Source: Thermodesulfobacteriota bacterium
GTDB lineage: Bacteria; Desulfobacterota; Binatia; Bin18
Length of the DNA stretch: 64,000 bases
Reading direction: 5' to 3'
Assembly (NCBI GenBank): GCA_964291405.2
Contig: OZ219926.1
Span: 3,264,001 to 3,328,000, forward strand
The notes below the pieces were generated by a model that saw only the letters and a list, made by a program, of their open reading frames with translations, ran no database searches and was not told the origin of the DNA. Position numbers and translations under genes: made by a program. How positions within the stretch are numbered: the stretch's first letter is position 1; every line of letters begins with the position of its first letter. This document shows positions 1 through 9,846 of the stretch, in pieces.

Positions 1-327
1 ATTGTGTTTATCGACACCGAGACGTTCTGGACGCTGTGGATGTTCGGCTTCGACCGCCAGGACGATCTCCTTTTGCGTATGAACCAGCACTTTCTCAAGT
101 ATTCCGAGAGCTTTGCCCACGATACGGTTGACCAAGCACCCTATATGAAGCTGGATTTCTCAAATAATGTCGGGCAGCGATTGTTCTACCATCTGGGAGA
201 GACCGATATTAACGCCAAAAAACCACACGCGACTTTCTCGCACTGTTATGTAATGACAAGACATTTCTCCTCGGGGCGGGCCAAGCAAGTCTATTCCGTC
301 CGCAATATGGTCAGTGGGCGGCGCTAG
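1..327 (+). CDS. Partial CDS (5' end outside window), probable C-terminus of a DUF1329-type periplasmic protein
   Basis: Frame open from base 1 (IVFIDTETFW...) to TAG 327; IDxxT...FD segment and ...SGRR ending resemble DUF1329 C-termini; adjacent to a DUF1302-like gene. Confidence 0.55.
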   Translation: MVFIDTETFWTLWMFGFDRQDDLLLRMNQHFLKYSESFAHDTVDQAPYMKLDFSNNVGQRLFYHLGETDINAKKPHATFSHCYVMTRHFSSGRAKQVYSVRNMVSGRR

Positions 328-347
328 ACTGCTCAGAATAGTGTCAT

Positions 348-1949
348 ATGCGCCTTCGTATCTGTTTCGCCTCGTGTGCTCTCTTCCTCGGCTTGGCTGT
401 GATGCCGGCACCGTCGTGGGGCATTATTGCCGTCACCGATGACGTTGAACTCGAAGGGTTTGTCAAAACCCAAAACATCATCCGCACCCCGATGTTTCGG
501 GATGCGGAATTCATCATGCAGCGGAATACGGCGCAACTGGAGGGCAAGTACTACTTTTTGCGTGAGAGCCAAGCCTTTGGTCGTTTCGCCACTGGCCCGT
601 TGGAAGAGGCCACGCTGACCCTTATTGGCCGCGGCGTGTACGACACGGTCTATGATATTCGGCATACATATAACGAGGCCTTCGGCAAGGACCAGCGCCT
701 CAACCGCCAGGCTGAGTACAAGCTGCGCGAAGCCTTTGTCGATATGGTGCTGCCCCCGTTTACACTCCGGCTGGGCCGCCAGCAAGTCGTGTGGGGAGAG
801 ACCGATAATTTTCGGGCGCTGGATGTCATCAACCCTCTCGATCTGCGCTGGCACGCCAACTGGGAACCCTGGGAGGATATCCGTATTCCGCTATGGATGG
901 CGCGGGCGATTTACGACATTGGCAAATTCGGTCCGCTTGAAGAATCCTTTATCGAGGCGGTCTGGATTCCATGGGATTTTCAGCCCAATAAGGTGGCCGC
1001 CGACCCTCGTCGTCCCTGGGGATTTATCGGCGACGGCCTGGCTGAGGTGGCCAACTCTGTCATGGATGGAGATGAACTCCTTAACCTCATCACTACGGTG
1101 AGGGATGATAAGCCGAGTAAAAAGTTCAAGAACGGCCAGGCCGGAGTACGCTTCAAGGCCATCTGGGGTGGGATCGATTTCAGCCTCAACTATTTCTATG
1201 GTTTTTCCGCGGACGCCGGCTTCAAGGTTCGCTCGGACTTAGCCCGCCTTGAGGGCAGGACCCTGCACGCCGTACTCGACCGTGTACATCCGCGTTCTCA
1301 CGTTGTCGGCATTGCGGCCAATTATTCGGAGGAAAAATATACGCAGTCCGTTTTCCGGGTGGAAACGACTTTTACGACGGGTGTGCCGGTCGCACTTGAC
1401 CCGGCTGCATTAGGGACCCGGCTCGACCCGGATGGGAATCTCTTTGACACGGCTGACCGTTCGGTCGTCATGCTGGCCATTGACCGCCCGACCTGGATTC
1501 GTCCGCTGAATGATATACGGACGTTTTTCCTCTCCGCGCAGTTCTTCTGGCGGCGCTATCTGGACTACAGTCGTTTCTACCGCGGCATTCCGTCCGTCCG
1601 GCGTGCTCACATGGATGGTGAGGTCGTCCCAGGTCGATTCATCAGCGAGAATAGAGACAAAATCGATCAGAACGAGTTTGTCATTACCTTTTCCGCTTCC
1701 ACCAGCTATGGGCCAGGCGGGCTCTGGCAGCCCTTGTTTGTGTTTGCGCTCGATCCGCTCTCCACAGGAGCGTATAACAAATTCGCCATGGACTACCTGT
1801 GGTCAAACTATTTTATCTTGCGGTTTGAGCAGAATTTCTTCTGGCGGGTCCGCTCGCACGACCCAGGGCCCTGGGCCATTGGAGACCTGTACGGTCGTCC
1901 CCGCGACAGCCGCCACGAGAGTGTTGTCAGCGCGATCTTTCAATTTTAG
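348..1949 (+). CDS. Outer-membrane beta-barrel protein, DUF1302-like
   Basis: Signal peptide; LREAFVD...LRLGRQQVVWGETDNFRALDVINPLDL motif; C-terminal aromatic BAM-type ending (SAIFQF). Confidence 0.75.
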   Translation: MRLRICFASCALFLGLAVMPAPSWGIIAVTDDVELEGFVKTQNIIRTPMFRDAEFIMQRNTAQLEGKYYFLRESQAFGRFATGPLEEATLTLIGRGVYDTVYDIRHTYNEAFGKDQRLNRQAEYKLREAFVDMVLPPFTLRLGRQQVVWGETDNFRALDVINPLDLRWHANWEPWEDIRIPLWMARAIYDIGKFGPLEESFIEAVWIPWDFQPNKVAADPRRPWGFIGDGLAEVANSVMDGDELLNLITTVRDDKPSKKFKNGQAGVRFKAIWGGIDFSLNYFYGFSADAGFKVRSDLARLEGRTLHAVLDRVHPRSHVVGIAANYSEEKYTQSVFRVETTFTTGVPVALDPAALGTRLDPDGNLFDTADRSVVMLAIDRPTWIRPLNDIRTFFLSAQFFWRRYLDYSRFYRGIPSVRRAHMDGEVVPGRFISENRDKIDQNEFVITFSASTSYGPGGLWQPLFVFALDPLSTGAYNKFAMDYLWSNYFILRFEQNFFWRVRSHDPGPWAIGDLYGRPRDSRHESVVSAIFQF

Positions 1950-1964
1950 TCCTGCGACAACGAC

Positions 1965-3149
1965 CTATGATTCCGAGGCGCGGAGGCGGGTAATCCGTCT
2001 CTGGACCTCGGACGCAAAAGCCGCTTGCGGGTCCAACTCGATCGCGCGTTCATAGGCGGCAAGCGCTTGTGTTGGTTGCCCCAAGCTTTCCAGTGCCTCA
2101 CCCAGATTGGCATGGGTATAGGCATAGTCCGGGTCTAACGCGATCGCCTGTTGCCACTCGTCCGCTGCGGCTTGGTGCTTGCCCTGCGCGGCAAAAATAT
2201 GACCCAAGCGGTCATGAATATACGACGAGGTCGGAACGAGTTGGAGGGCTTTCCGATACGCGGCCACGGCCTCTTGGGTATCACCGTTGGCTTCGAGCGT
2301 GCGGGCAAGATGAACATGGGCCATTGCATTGTGCGGGTCGAGCCGCAGCGACTCCTGTAACATGTCAATTGCCTCGTCACGCGCGCCATGATCCCCAAGC
2401 GCCAGCCCGAGCAGGTGGTGGGCCTTGGCATTGGTCGGTGCGAGACGAACGGTTTCGCGCCACTCGGCAATTGCCTTATTCAAATCGCCCGTATCGTAAA
2501 ACTCCTGTCCCTGCCGCAGATGGAGAAGGGCCTGGGACGATAAAGATCGCGGCGGCAACGGGTCGGGTGGCGGAGCGGGTGGTTCGGTCGCAGGCTGCGG
2601 GGCTGGGGTCGGCAGCGGTGGGGGTACGGCCGGGGCGGGCGTCGCTGGACGGACAGGGCGAGCGCGGACAATCTCGCGCTTGGGCGGCGCTTCTACCGTC
2701 TTGTTGGTATGCGAAAAAAGGATCTGAGAGTAGGCTTCTCCTTCAGTCCCGTTTTCGCGCACAAAGACAATGACCACCCGGTCGGTGCGTTGTTCTACGC
2801 TAAAGGGAGGAATCTTGGCTTGTTTGAGGTCCAGGACAAGCCGGAGATGGCCCGGGTGCGTCCCGAGGCGGACCTGGGCAAGGAGTTCGTCATCCGCCTG
2901 GTACACGGCTGTTGGTGTGCCCCGGCGCGGGCCCTGTACGTCGATGACCAAACGGGAGGGAGACGAGAGGGCAAACGAGTTGACGGCGTCCGGTAGACGC
3001 GAAAACTGAAAGAGGACAGAGCGCCGATTTCCTTGTACCGAAAGTTGGACTTTCTGCAGACTCAGCAGATCGGACTGGGCAAAGGCTGGGGTCCACCCTA
3101 TGCCGAGCCAGACATATATCGCACTGACAAAGATCCACGCCTTGCGCAC
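1965..3149 (-). CDS. Exported AMIN-domain protein with Pro-rich linker and TPR repeats
   Basis: Signal peptide; FALSSPSRLVIDV and LRLVLDL AMIN motifs; repeated TPR units (AHHLLGLAL, AYRKALQLVP, AYERAIELDP). Confidence 0.8.
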   Translation of the reverse strand: MRKAWIFVSAIYVWLGIGWTPAFAQSDLLSLQKVQLSVQGNRRSVLFQFSRLPDAVNSFALSSPSRLVIDVQGPRRGTPTAVYQADDELLAQVRLGTHPGHLRLVLDLKQAKIPPFSVEQRTDRVVIVFVRENGTEGEAYSQILFSHTNKTVEAPPKREIVRARPVRPATPAPAVPPPLPTPAPQPATEPPAPPPDPLPPRSLSSQALLHLRQGQEFYDTGDLNKAIAEWRETVRLAPTNAKAHHLLGLALGDHGARDEAIDMLQESLRLDPHNAMAHVHLARTLEANGDTQEAVAAYRKALQLVPTSSYIHDRLGHIFAAQGKHQAAADEWQQAIALDPDYAYTHANLGEALESLGQPTQALAAYERAIELDPQAAFASEVQRRITRLRASES

Positions 3150-3171
3150 TGTTGTTCTCTCCTGCCAGATT

Positions 3172-4371
3172 TTAATCTACTACAGCCGGCTCTTTTTCAA
3201 CAACTCGCCCGGTCTGGAGGAGCATGTCAGCGTCATGGGTGAGGTAATAGCAGGCGACTGTACACACGATACTCAGCAGGCCCGCGCTGTAGAACATGCT
3301 GCTCAAATTATAATAATCGACCACGATACCAAAAACCGGCGGAGCAATGGTCATCCCAAAGCTATGGACCGTCAAGAGCGTGCTCATCACCGTTCCCATA
3401 CTCGAACCCGGCGTGTGTTCCATGGCCAGCGCCATATGGGCAGGATAGGCCAGCCCGAACCCCGCGCCGACCAGGGCATTCAGGCCGAGTAAATGCCAGA
3501 ACGTTGAGGCCAGGGGAAAACCGGCCAAGGAAACGGCACTGATCAGGCTACCGATACTGATGAGGACCGCTTTATTCATGCGATCGGACAGCCGTCCGCA
3601 CGGGGACTGAAGGACCGTGCTGATCAAGACGTTCAGGGAAATCAGCGCTCCCACCTGTGAGGTAGTCAGCGGTAGCAGGGAGGCCGACAGCAGGGGCACA
3701 AAGACCCAAATGAGGGTGCTGGACAAGGCATACACCACCCGAAAGAGAGCGACGCCAAGAATGGGCCGCGAGGATAAAACCGTGTGCCAGGAGGCGATCT
3801 CCTTTTTTTCTGTGACGTGCTGTTTTTGGACTTCGGGTAAAAAGAAGAGCAGCAAGAGTAAAGACAACAGGCTCAGGAGACCCAGGAGAATAAAGCTGGC
3901 CTGCATATTGAACATGTCTTTAATCACCCCGCCTAAGATCGGTCCCCCGGCCACGCCGCCCAGAAAAGCCGTATTGACATAGCCGGCATACGCCCCCTCT
4001 TTTCCTTTGGGGGTCAGGTCGCCCACGTACGCCATGGAAACCGGCTGGACCATGGCGGTGGCGACCCCTTGGAGCGCCATGATTACGATGAGCGTCGACA
4101 GGCTGTTGGCGAGCAGATAGGCAACCGAGCTGAGGGCGTAGCCGAACAGCCCCCAGAGTAAAAACGCCTTGCGGCCATGTCGGTCCGAGGCCCGACCGAT
4201 GAGGGGTAGCAGAAAAGTGCGAGACGCCGAGTGGGCTCCAAACAGAATGCCGACGGCCACGCCGCTCGCTCCGAATTCCTGGGCGTAGATGGGGATAAAG
4301 GGAATCACCACCCCGTTGCCGAGCATGGTGGCAAACAATGCCACTGACAAAACAAAAAGCGGCCCGCTCAT
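3172..4371 (-). CDS. MFS transporter (DHA1-like)
   Basis: About 12 hydrophobic segments; motif A GRASDRHGRK and repeat GRLSDRMNK. Confidence 0.9.
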   Translation of the reverse strand: MSGPLFVLSVALFATMLGNGVVIPFIPIYAQEFGASGVAVGILFGAHSASRTFLLPLIGRASDRHGRKAFLLWGLFGYALSSVAYLLANSLSTLIVIMALQGVATAMVQPVSMAYVGDLTPKGKEGAYAGYVNTAFLGGVAGGPILGGVIKDMFNMQASFILLGLLSLLSLLLLLFFLPEVQKQHVTEKKEIASWHTVLSSRPILGVALFRVVYALSSTLIWVFVPLLSASLLPLTTSQVGALISLNVLISTVLQSPCGRLSDRMNKAVLISIGSLISAVSLAGFPLASTFWHLLGLNALVGAGFGLAYPAHMALAMEHTPGSSMGTVMSTLLTVHSFGMTIAPPVFGIVVDYYNLSSMFYSAGLLSIVCTVACYYLTHDADMLLQTGRVVEKEPAVVD

Positions 4372-4482
4372 GCTGCCCTCTGAGCTATCAGCCGCTTGTG
4401 GGAAGAGATCGGTCGCTCCCCAAGAAGCTCAACGCTCCCGACCGGAAAATCGGATTTCTGATTAGTGCGGACCAAGTGTCGC

Positions 4483-5949
4483 TTACTCTGCCCGCACCGA
4501 GGGCCACTGCTCTGCCCAGGGCTTGGCCTGCTCAAGCTGCGAGGCGAGGCGAAACAGCATGTCCTCTCGGCCATAGGCGGCCACGAGTTGGACGCCGATC
4601 GGCAACCCTGCGCTATTCCAGTGAAGCGGCAGCGAGATGGCTGGCTGGCCGGTGACATTAAACGGCACGGTAAACGGCATGAGGGTAGCCGAACGCCGCG
4701 CGCCCCCAAGCGGATTCTCCGCTGTGGAGACAAACTCTCCCAACCGGGGTGGGGGCTCGGCAATGGTTGGGGTGACGAGGATGTCAAAACCGGCGGAGCC
4801 GTCTTCGGGCTGCCACCAGTGGGCGAGCCGACGCGTGTCAGCCTGGAGCCACTCAATGGCTTCGATATAGCGTGTCGCGGTACGGGCTCGACCGATTTCA
4901 GCCATGGCCCAAGTGTGAATCTCCACGTCATCCTGGGTGACGGCTTTGCCCGTCTGTTTACCTAAGGTGTCGATATGAGAAGCGATGGCGCTCGTCAAAA
5001 TCGCCCACACGTGCCGCCGGCGTTCTTGTTCGTCGTTGAGCGCACTGGGATAGGAGTCCTCAACCGTATGACCGAGTGAACTCAGAAGCTGGGCCGTTGT
5101 CTGGACGGCTGCAACGCAGTCCGGGTGCAGAGGGGTCGCCTGCCCAGGGAAATCCGCCAGGACGCCAACCCGCAATACTCCCGGATCAGCGCCGACCTCT
5201 TCAAGAAAGGGGCGCGTCGGCGGAGTGGCAAAATACGGATCGCCCGGCATGGGGCCGGCAATGGCATCAAGAATCGCGGCCGTGTCGCGTACACTCCGCG
5301 TCACAACGTGTTCGTTGACCAGACCCTGCCAGACCTCGCCGTATTCCGGTCCGAGGGAGACGCGCGAACGGGTGGATTTGAGCCCAACCAGACCACACTC
5401 GCTGGCCGGCACCCGAGTCGAACCCCCCCCGTCGTTGGCATGGGCCGCCGGGACCATGCCCGAGGCCACGGCCGCGCCGGCGCCACCGCTGGAGCCGCCG
5501 GTGGAGTGCTCTGTGTTCCAGGGATTCCGACTCGGGCCGTAGGCGTCCGGTTCGGTCGTTGGCATGGTCGCAAACTCGGGCGTATTGGTCTTGCCGAGGA
5601 AGATAAGGCCCGCGGCTTTAAGTTTGGCGGCCATATAAGTGTCTTCTTTTGCGGTCCAGCCAAGCTCTTTCAGAAAGCGGCTGCCTTGATGATAGGGGTC
5701 GCCAGCGGAATGACAGCCAAAGTCTTTGAGGAGAAAGGGGACGCCGGTGAATGGCCCGTCGGGTAACTGCGGCGATTTTGCCTGGTCGCGCGCTTTCTCA
5801 AAAAGAGGCGTGATTACGGCGTTGAGCTGTGGGTTGACGTGCTCAATGCGGGCAATGGCGGCGTCTACCAGTTCGAGTGGCGTTGCTTGTCCTGTACGGA
5901 CGAGGTCGGCCTGCGCCAATGCGTCGAGGTGGGCGAGTTGGTCAGCCAT
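4483..5949 (-). CDS. Amidase-signature family amidase
   Basis: GVPFLLKD, GKTNTPEF, GGSSGG, NDGGGSTR: Ser-cisSer-Lys triad. Confidence 0.93.
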   Translation of the reverse strand: MADQLAHLDALAQADLVRTGQATPLELVDAAIARIEHVNPQLNAVITPLFEKARDQAKSPQLPDGPFTGVPFLLKDFGCHSAGDPYHQGSRFLKELGWTAKEDTYMAAKLKAAGLIFLGKTNTPEFATMPTTEPDAYGPSRNPWNTEHSTGGSSGGAGAAVASGMVPAAHANDGGGSTRVPASECGLVGLKSTRSRVSLGPEYGEVWQGLVNEHVVTRSVRDTAAILDAIAGPMPGDPYFATPPTRPFLEEVGADPGVLRVGVLADFPGQATPLHPDCVAAVQTTAQLLSSLGHTVEDSYPSALNDEQERRRHVWAILTSAIASHIDTLGKQTGKAVTQDDVEIHTWAMAEIGRARTATRYIEAIEWLQADTRRLAHWWQPEDGSAGFDILVTPTIAEPPPRLGEFVSTAENPLGGARRSATLMPFTVPFNVTGQPAISLPLHWNSAGLPIGVQLVAAYGREDMLFRLASQLEQAKPWAEQWPSVRAE

Positions 5950-6139
5950 AATATATCCCTCCAGTGTGAATACCTCCTCCTAACAAAGGCAAAGACAAAT
6001 GAGAAGAGAGACCCGCGCCAAACCAGGCTTTCCCTTTACTGGCGTTGACGGTCACATCTCGTCCTAACGCTCTCTGGGGCATTCCCTATCTTTATGTCCT
6101 CTTGACTGGTATGCAGTGCTGACGGAAAGGAGAGGCACT

Positions 6140-6529
6140 ATGCGTACGGACATTACCCCGCCAGCAATGCGGAATATCAGAGAACGTTTCCACTACTCTC
6201 CGGGCGTGAGGGCCGGGAACTTCTTGTATATCGCCGGACAGGTCGGTCGGGATGAGAACTTACAGGTTGTAGCGGATAAGGAAGCGCAGTTTGTGCAGGC
6301 GTTTGAAAACGTCAAAAAAGTACTGACTGAAGCCGGCGCGACGTTTGACGATGTCGTGGAGATGGTCACCTACCATACCGACCTGCGCGACCTGCAGCTC
6401 TTTATTGACGTCAAAGATCGCTACATTACGAATCTTGACCGACTCCCGGCCTGGACGGGAATCGGCACTCCCGCGCTGGCGATGCCTGGGCTCCTTGTCG
6501 AGATTAAATGCACTGCGTATCTGGAATAG
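6140..6529 (+). CDS. Rid (YjgF/YER057c/UK114) family protein lacking the catalytic Arg
   Basis: YSPGVRAGNFLYIAGQVG and LVEIKCTA; PAWT where RidA has PAR; ATG 6140 after AAGGAGAG. Confidence 0.88.
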   Translation: MRTDITPPAMRNIRERFHYSPGVRAGNFLYIAGQVGRDENLQVVADKEAQFVQAFENVKKVLTEAGATFDDVVEMVTYHTDLRDLQLFIDVKDRYITNLDRLPAWTGIGTPALAMPGLLVEIKCTAYLE

Positions 6530-6560
6530 TGTCACTCCTGCATTGCAGAAAGTAGGGTAC

Positions 6561-7823
6561 ATGCCGCAAGCCGAACAAGTGGGACAAGAACAGCCCACAT
6601 ACGGGTGGGTCATCGTCTTTGCCGGACTTATCATCAGCCTGTGTATGTACGGCGTCATCGAGTCTTTCGCCATTATGTTCAAGCCTATTGCCGAGCAGTT
6701 TTCCTGGGATCGGGGTACGGTTTCGGTCGCGTCAATGATCAGCTGGACCAGTTTTGGCATCTCCAGCCTGATCTGTGGCCGCCTGAGCGACCATTTTGGT
6801 TCTAAGTGGGTGATTATTACTGGGGGTCTGTTCTTTGTGGCCGGTACGTTTTTGATGAGCCAGGTGCAATCCCTGTGGCAACTCTATGTGTATTTTGGGG
6901 TAGTGTTGGCGATCGGCCGCTCGGCCACGGGTGTCCCGATGGTGGCCCTGGTGACCAAGTGGTTCGTGAAGCGCCAGGGGCTGGCGCTGGCCATTGCTCA
7001 GTCTCAAAATGTAGGCTCGGCTGTGTTTGCTCCTCTGGCCGTCTTCCTACTTGCCCGTAATGACTGGCGCTGGTCGTATATCTGGCTCGGGGTGATTACC
7101 CTCATAGTGCTCCCCCTCTCCATGCTCATGCGGGATAAGAAGGTCGCATCGACTGAGGCTCTGAAGTCAGGCTCAGCGCATGATCCAGCATCTGTCTCAG
7201 CTCCCGGCATGACACTAGGTGAAGCCATGCGGACGCGGGCCTTTTGGACGCTGAACCTCATGGTCCTGGGCTGCTGCATGTGTCACTCGTGTATTTTGTT
7301 GCACGGGTTCAACCATATGACTGACGTAGGTGTGCTGGAATCGGTCGCGGCCCGGGTCGTCATGCTAATGGCCGTGTTCGGCATGATCGGAAAGATCATC
7401 AACGGTCTGTTAGCCGACCGGATTGGCGCGAAGTGGGCCATTGCGTTCTTTCTCGGTCTCCAGGCGGTGATGATCCCGTTTTTTATTGAAGCCCGCCAAG
7501 CGCCCTCTTTTTACTCGTGGGCTATCCTGTTCGGGCTAGGTTTTGGTGGGCCCATGCCGGTCTATGCCATGCTCTTCCGGGAGTATTTCGGCACGCGGGC
7601 CATTGGGACCATCTTAGGTGCGTTCTTTATGGTTGCGTCCATCGGTATGGGATCGGGCGGCATGATGGGTGGCTTCTTGCATAGCGAGTTTGGGGATTAT
7701 GTCGTGCCGTTTCTGACGAGTACGAGCACCGGTACGCTCGCGGCCATTCTCGCCCTGACTTTACCGTCTTCGACGCGAGTAGCTCGGATGCCGGTGCCGC
7801 AAGTCAGCCTCCAGACCAGTTGA
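6561..7823 (+). CDS. MFS transporter (OFA/MCT-like)
   Basis: YGWVIV N-terminus, GRLSDHFG, KWFVKRQGLALAI, GLLADRIG; start taken at ATG 6561. Confidence 0.88.
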   Translation: MPQAEQVGQEQPTYGWVIVFAGLIISLCMYGVIESFAIMFKPIAEQFSWDRGTVSVASMISWTSFGISSLICGRLSDHFGSKWVIITGGLFFVAGTFLMSQVQSLWQLYVYFGVVLAIGRSATGVPMVALVTKWFVKRQGLALAIAQSQNVGSAVFAPLAVFLLARNDWRWSYIWLGVITLIVLPLSMLMRDKKVASTEALKSGSAHDPASVSAPGMTLGEAMRTRAFWTLNLMVLGCCMCHSCILLHGFNHMTDVGVLESVAARVVMLMAVFGMIGKIINGLLADRIGAKWAIAFFLGLQAVMIPFFIEARQAPSFYSWAILFGLGFGGPMPVYAMLFREYFGTRAIGTILGAFFMVASIGMGSGGMMGGFLHSEFGDYVVPFLTSTSTGTLAAILALTLPSSTRVARMPVPQVSLQTS

Positions 7824-7920
7824 CCTCTACCGCAGAAAAGCAGTAATGCAGAGGAACGAGTAATGATCTCGGGGAAGCTGCCCCGGCGCAAAGGGCAGCT
7901 TTGTAAAGGAAGGTGAGTGT

Positions 7921-9099
7921 ATGCAGTTCTTTAACTTTCATCTGATGCCATGGCCGCACGTTCCCGAAGACTTTGACGATACCTCGAAATATCCCTCGGC
8001 TTGGGTCACCTTCTCGAACGAACACTATGACCCTGCAAAGGGTCGTGACATCTATAATCGCTATCTTGACGAGCTGGAATACGCAGAAACCCTCGGCTTT
8101 GATGGCGTGTGTGTGAATGAGCACCATCAAAACACCTATGGTACCATGCCCTCGCCGAATATCATTGGGGCGCTGCTGGCGCGGCGCACCAACCGTGTCA
8201 AGATTGCCATGGTCGGCAATGGGCTGCCGCTACGGGACCATCCCATCCGGGTTGCCGAAGAAATCGCCATGCTGGACGTGGTGAGCGGGGGGCGTATCAT
8301 TTCCGGCTTTGTACGCGGCATTGGCTGTGAGTATTATTCGATGGGGGTCAATCCGACCCACTCGCTTGCGCGCTTCCGCGAGGCGCACGATCTGATTATT
8401 CGCGCCTGGACGGAGACGGGGCCGTTTCATTTTGACGGGGAGCACTACCAGGTTCGCTATGTGAACGTGTGGCCCCGCCCGTATCAAAAACCGCACCCGC
8501 AAATCTGGATTCCCGGTTTTGGGAGTAAGGAGACGATGGGCTGGTGTGCGGACCCGGCCCGCAAGTATCCGTATCTGGCCGTGTATATGTCGGACGATCT
8601 GGTCAAGATGTATTTCGATCAGTACCGCGCCGCGGCGGAAGAAAACGGGTATACTGCCTCGCCCTACCAGATGGGCCACTTACTGCCCATCTATGTGGCG
8701 GAAACGGACGAGCGCGCCCGGGAAGAAGCCGCAGAGCATGTACTGTGGCTCTATCACAGAGGGCTGCGTATCCCGCTCAACATGCTGTTCCCACCGGGCT
8801 ATGTCACCCACCAATCCATGCGGCATATTCTCAATATTGCGGACGAGCTGGACTATGCGAGTATGTCTTTTGACGATATGAATGCGCGGGGCTATTGCGT
8901 GGTTGGCAGTGTGGAAACCGTCAGGCAACGACTCGCCGAATCAATCGGTAAGCTGGGCTATGGCATTTTGCTGTCCCTGCTGCAAATCGGCGATATGCCG
9001 CACCACCGGACGATCAAAAATATGGAACTCTTTGCCACTGAAGTCATGCCCTATTTGAAAAAAGAGTTTCAGGACATGCCGGAGAAGTGGGCCGCGTAA
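7921..9099 (+). CDS. Luciferase-like (LLM) flavin-dependent monooxygenase
   Basis: AETLGFDGVCVNEHH, PIRVAEEIAMLDVVSGGR, PRPYQKPHP, ELFATEVMP. Confidence 0.92.
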   Translation: MQFFNFHLMPWPHVPEDFDDTSKYPSAWVTFSNEHYDPAKGRDIYNRYLDELEYAETLGFDGVCVNEHHQNTYGTMPSPNIIGALLARRTNRVKIAMVGNGLPLRDHPIRVAEEIAMLDVVSGGRIISGFVRGIGCEYYSMGVNPTHSLARFREAHDLIIRAWTETGPFHFDGEHYQVRYVNVWPRPYQKPHPQIWIPGFGSKETMGWCADPARKYPYLAVYMSDDLVKMYFDQYRAAAEENGYTASPYQMGHLLPIYVAETDERAREEAAEHVLWLYHRGLRIPLNMLFPPGYVTHQSMRHILNIADELDYASMSFDDMNARGYCVVGSVETVRQRLAESIGKLGYGILLSLLQIGDMPHHRTIKNMELFATEVMPYLKKEFQDMPEKWAA

Positions 9100-9176
9100 G
9101 GCTGGCGTGCGGCAAGGGCTGCGTGTGCGCATGCCTCAGGGTGACGTTTGCCTCCCTTCTTGGCATCCCTCGACCA

Positions 9177-9743
9177 CTAGAGCGAGAGGTTCAACCCGAG
9201 CCGGTGTTGCGATTTGCGCCGCAGCCGGAGTCGGGTCCAGCCTAAGAGCCAGCCAATAAGCAGCACACCTGCCCCGGCAAGAAAGCTCGATACCGAGGCG
9301 TCACGCCGGAGTTGATTCCGCTCCAGCGTCAGGGTTTGGACCTGGGCTGTATGTTCCGCCTCATTCTGCTGTATTTCTTCCTGTGCGGCTTGAAGCAGGG
9401 TGTTTTCCTCCCGAAGACGAGCTAACTCCTGATTCTGTTTGGCGACTTGGTCCTCGAGGAGCTGCACCCGATGTGCGGTTGGGATTTGCTCGGTCACATA
9501 TCCTTTCAGAATATAGCCCTCGCGTCCGTCGGGGAGGGTGACGAGGTAATAATCCTCTTCGGCTTCACGGATCAATGTCACCGCATCACCGGTCTTGAGT
9601 ACGGCAATGATTTTATTGCGCAGGCTCGGGCCTGTCCGTACCATGACTTCACGATAGTCACTCACGTATAAATCTTGCGCCTGACTGGCAGTAGGAAAGA
9701 GAAGAACGAGAACAAAAAATATTGGCAGCTTCCTCATCACCAC
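9177..9743 (-). CDS. SH3b-domain membrane-anchored protein (YgiM/TIGR04211-like)
   Basis: Signal peptide; YVSD...VRTGPS...G SH3b motif; coiled coil; C-terminal FLAGAGVLLIGWLLG helix. Confidence 0.85.
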   Translation of the reverse strand: MVMRKLPIFFVLVLLFPTASQAQDLYVSDYREVMVRTGPSLRNKIIAVLKTGDAVTLIREAEEDYYLVTLPDGREGYILKGYVTEQIPTAHRVQLLEDQVAKQNQELARLREENTLLQAAQEEIQQNEAEHTAQVQTLTLERNQLRRDASVSSFLAGAGVLLIGWLLGWTRLRLRRKSQHRLGLNLSL

Positions 9744-9846
9744 ATCACTTACCCCACCGAGATTTCTCTATCGATAACTCGACTGTTCCTTGAGTACAAC
9801 CCCAAGCCTGTGTCGTACCCGCTTTTGCCCTCAGAATAGCACAACC

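Noticed and set aside
2560-2690. GC-rich low-complexity stretch as a DNA repeat
   Set aside because: Explained by the Pro/Ala linker of the AMIN-TPR protein
7270-7295. CxxCH (CCMCH) in the MFS at 6561-7823 as a haem c site
   Set aside because: It lies within a transmembrane helix, and Cys-Cys-x-x-His-Ser patterns occur at this position in related MFS proteins; no cytochrome context
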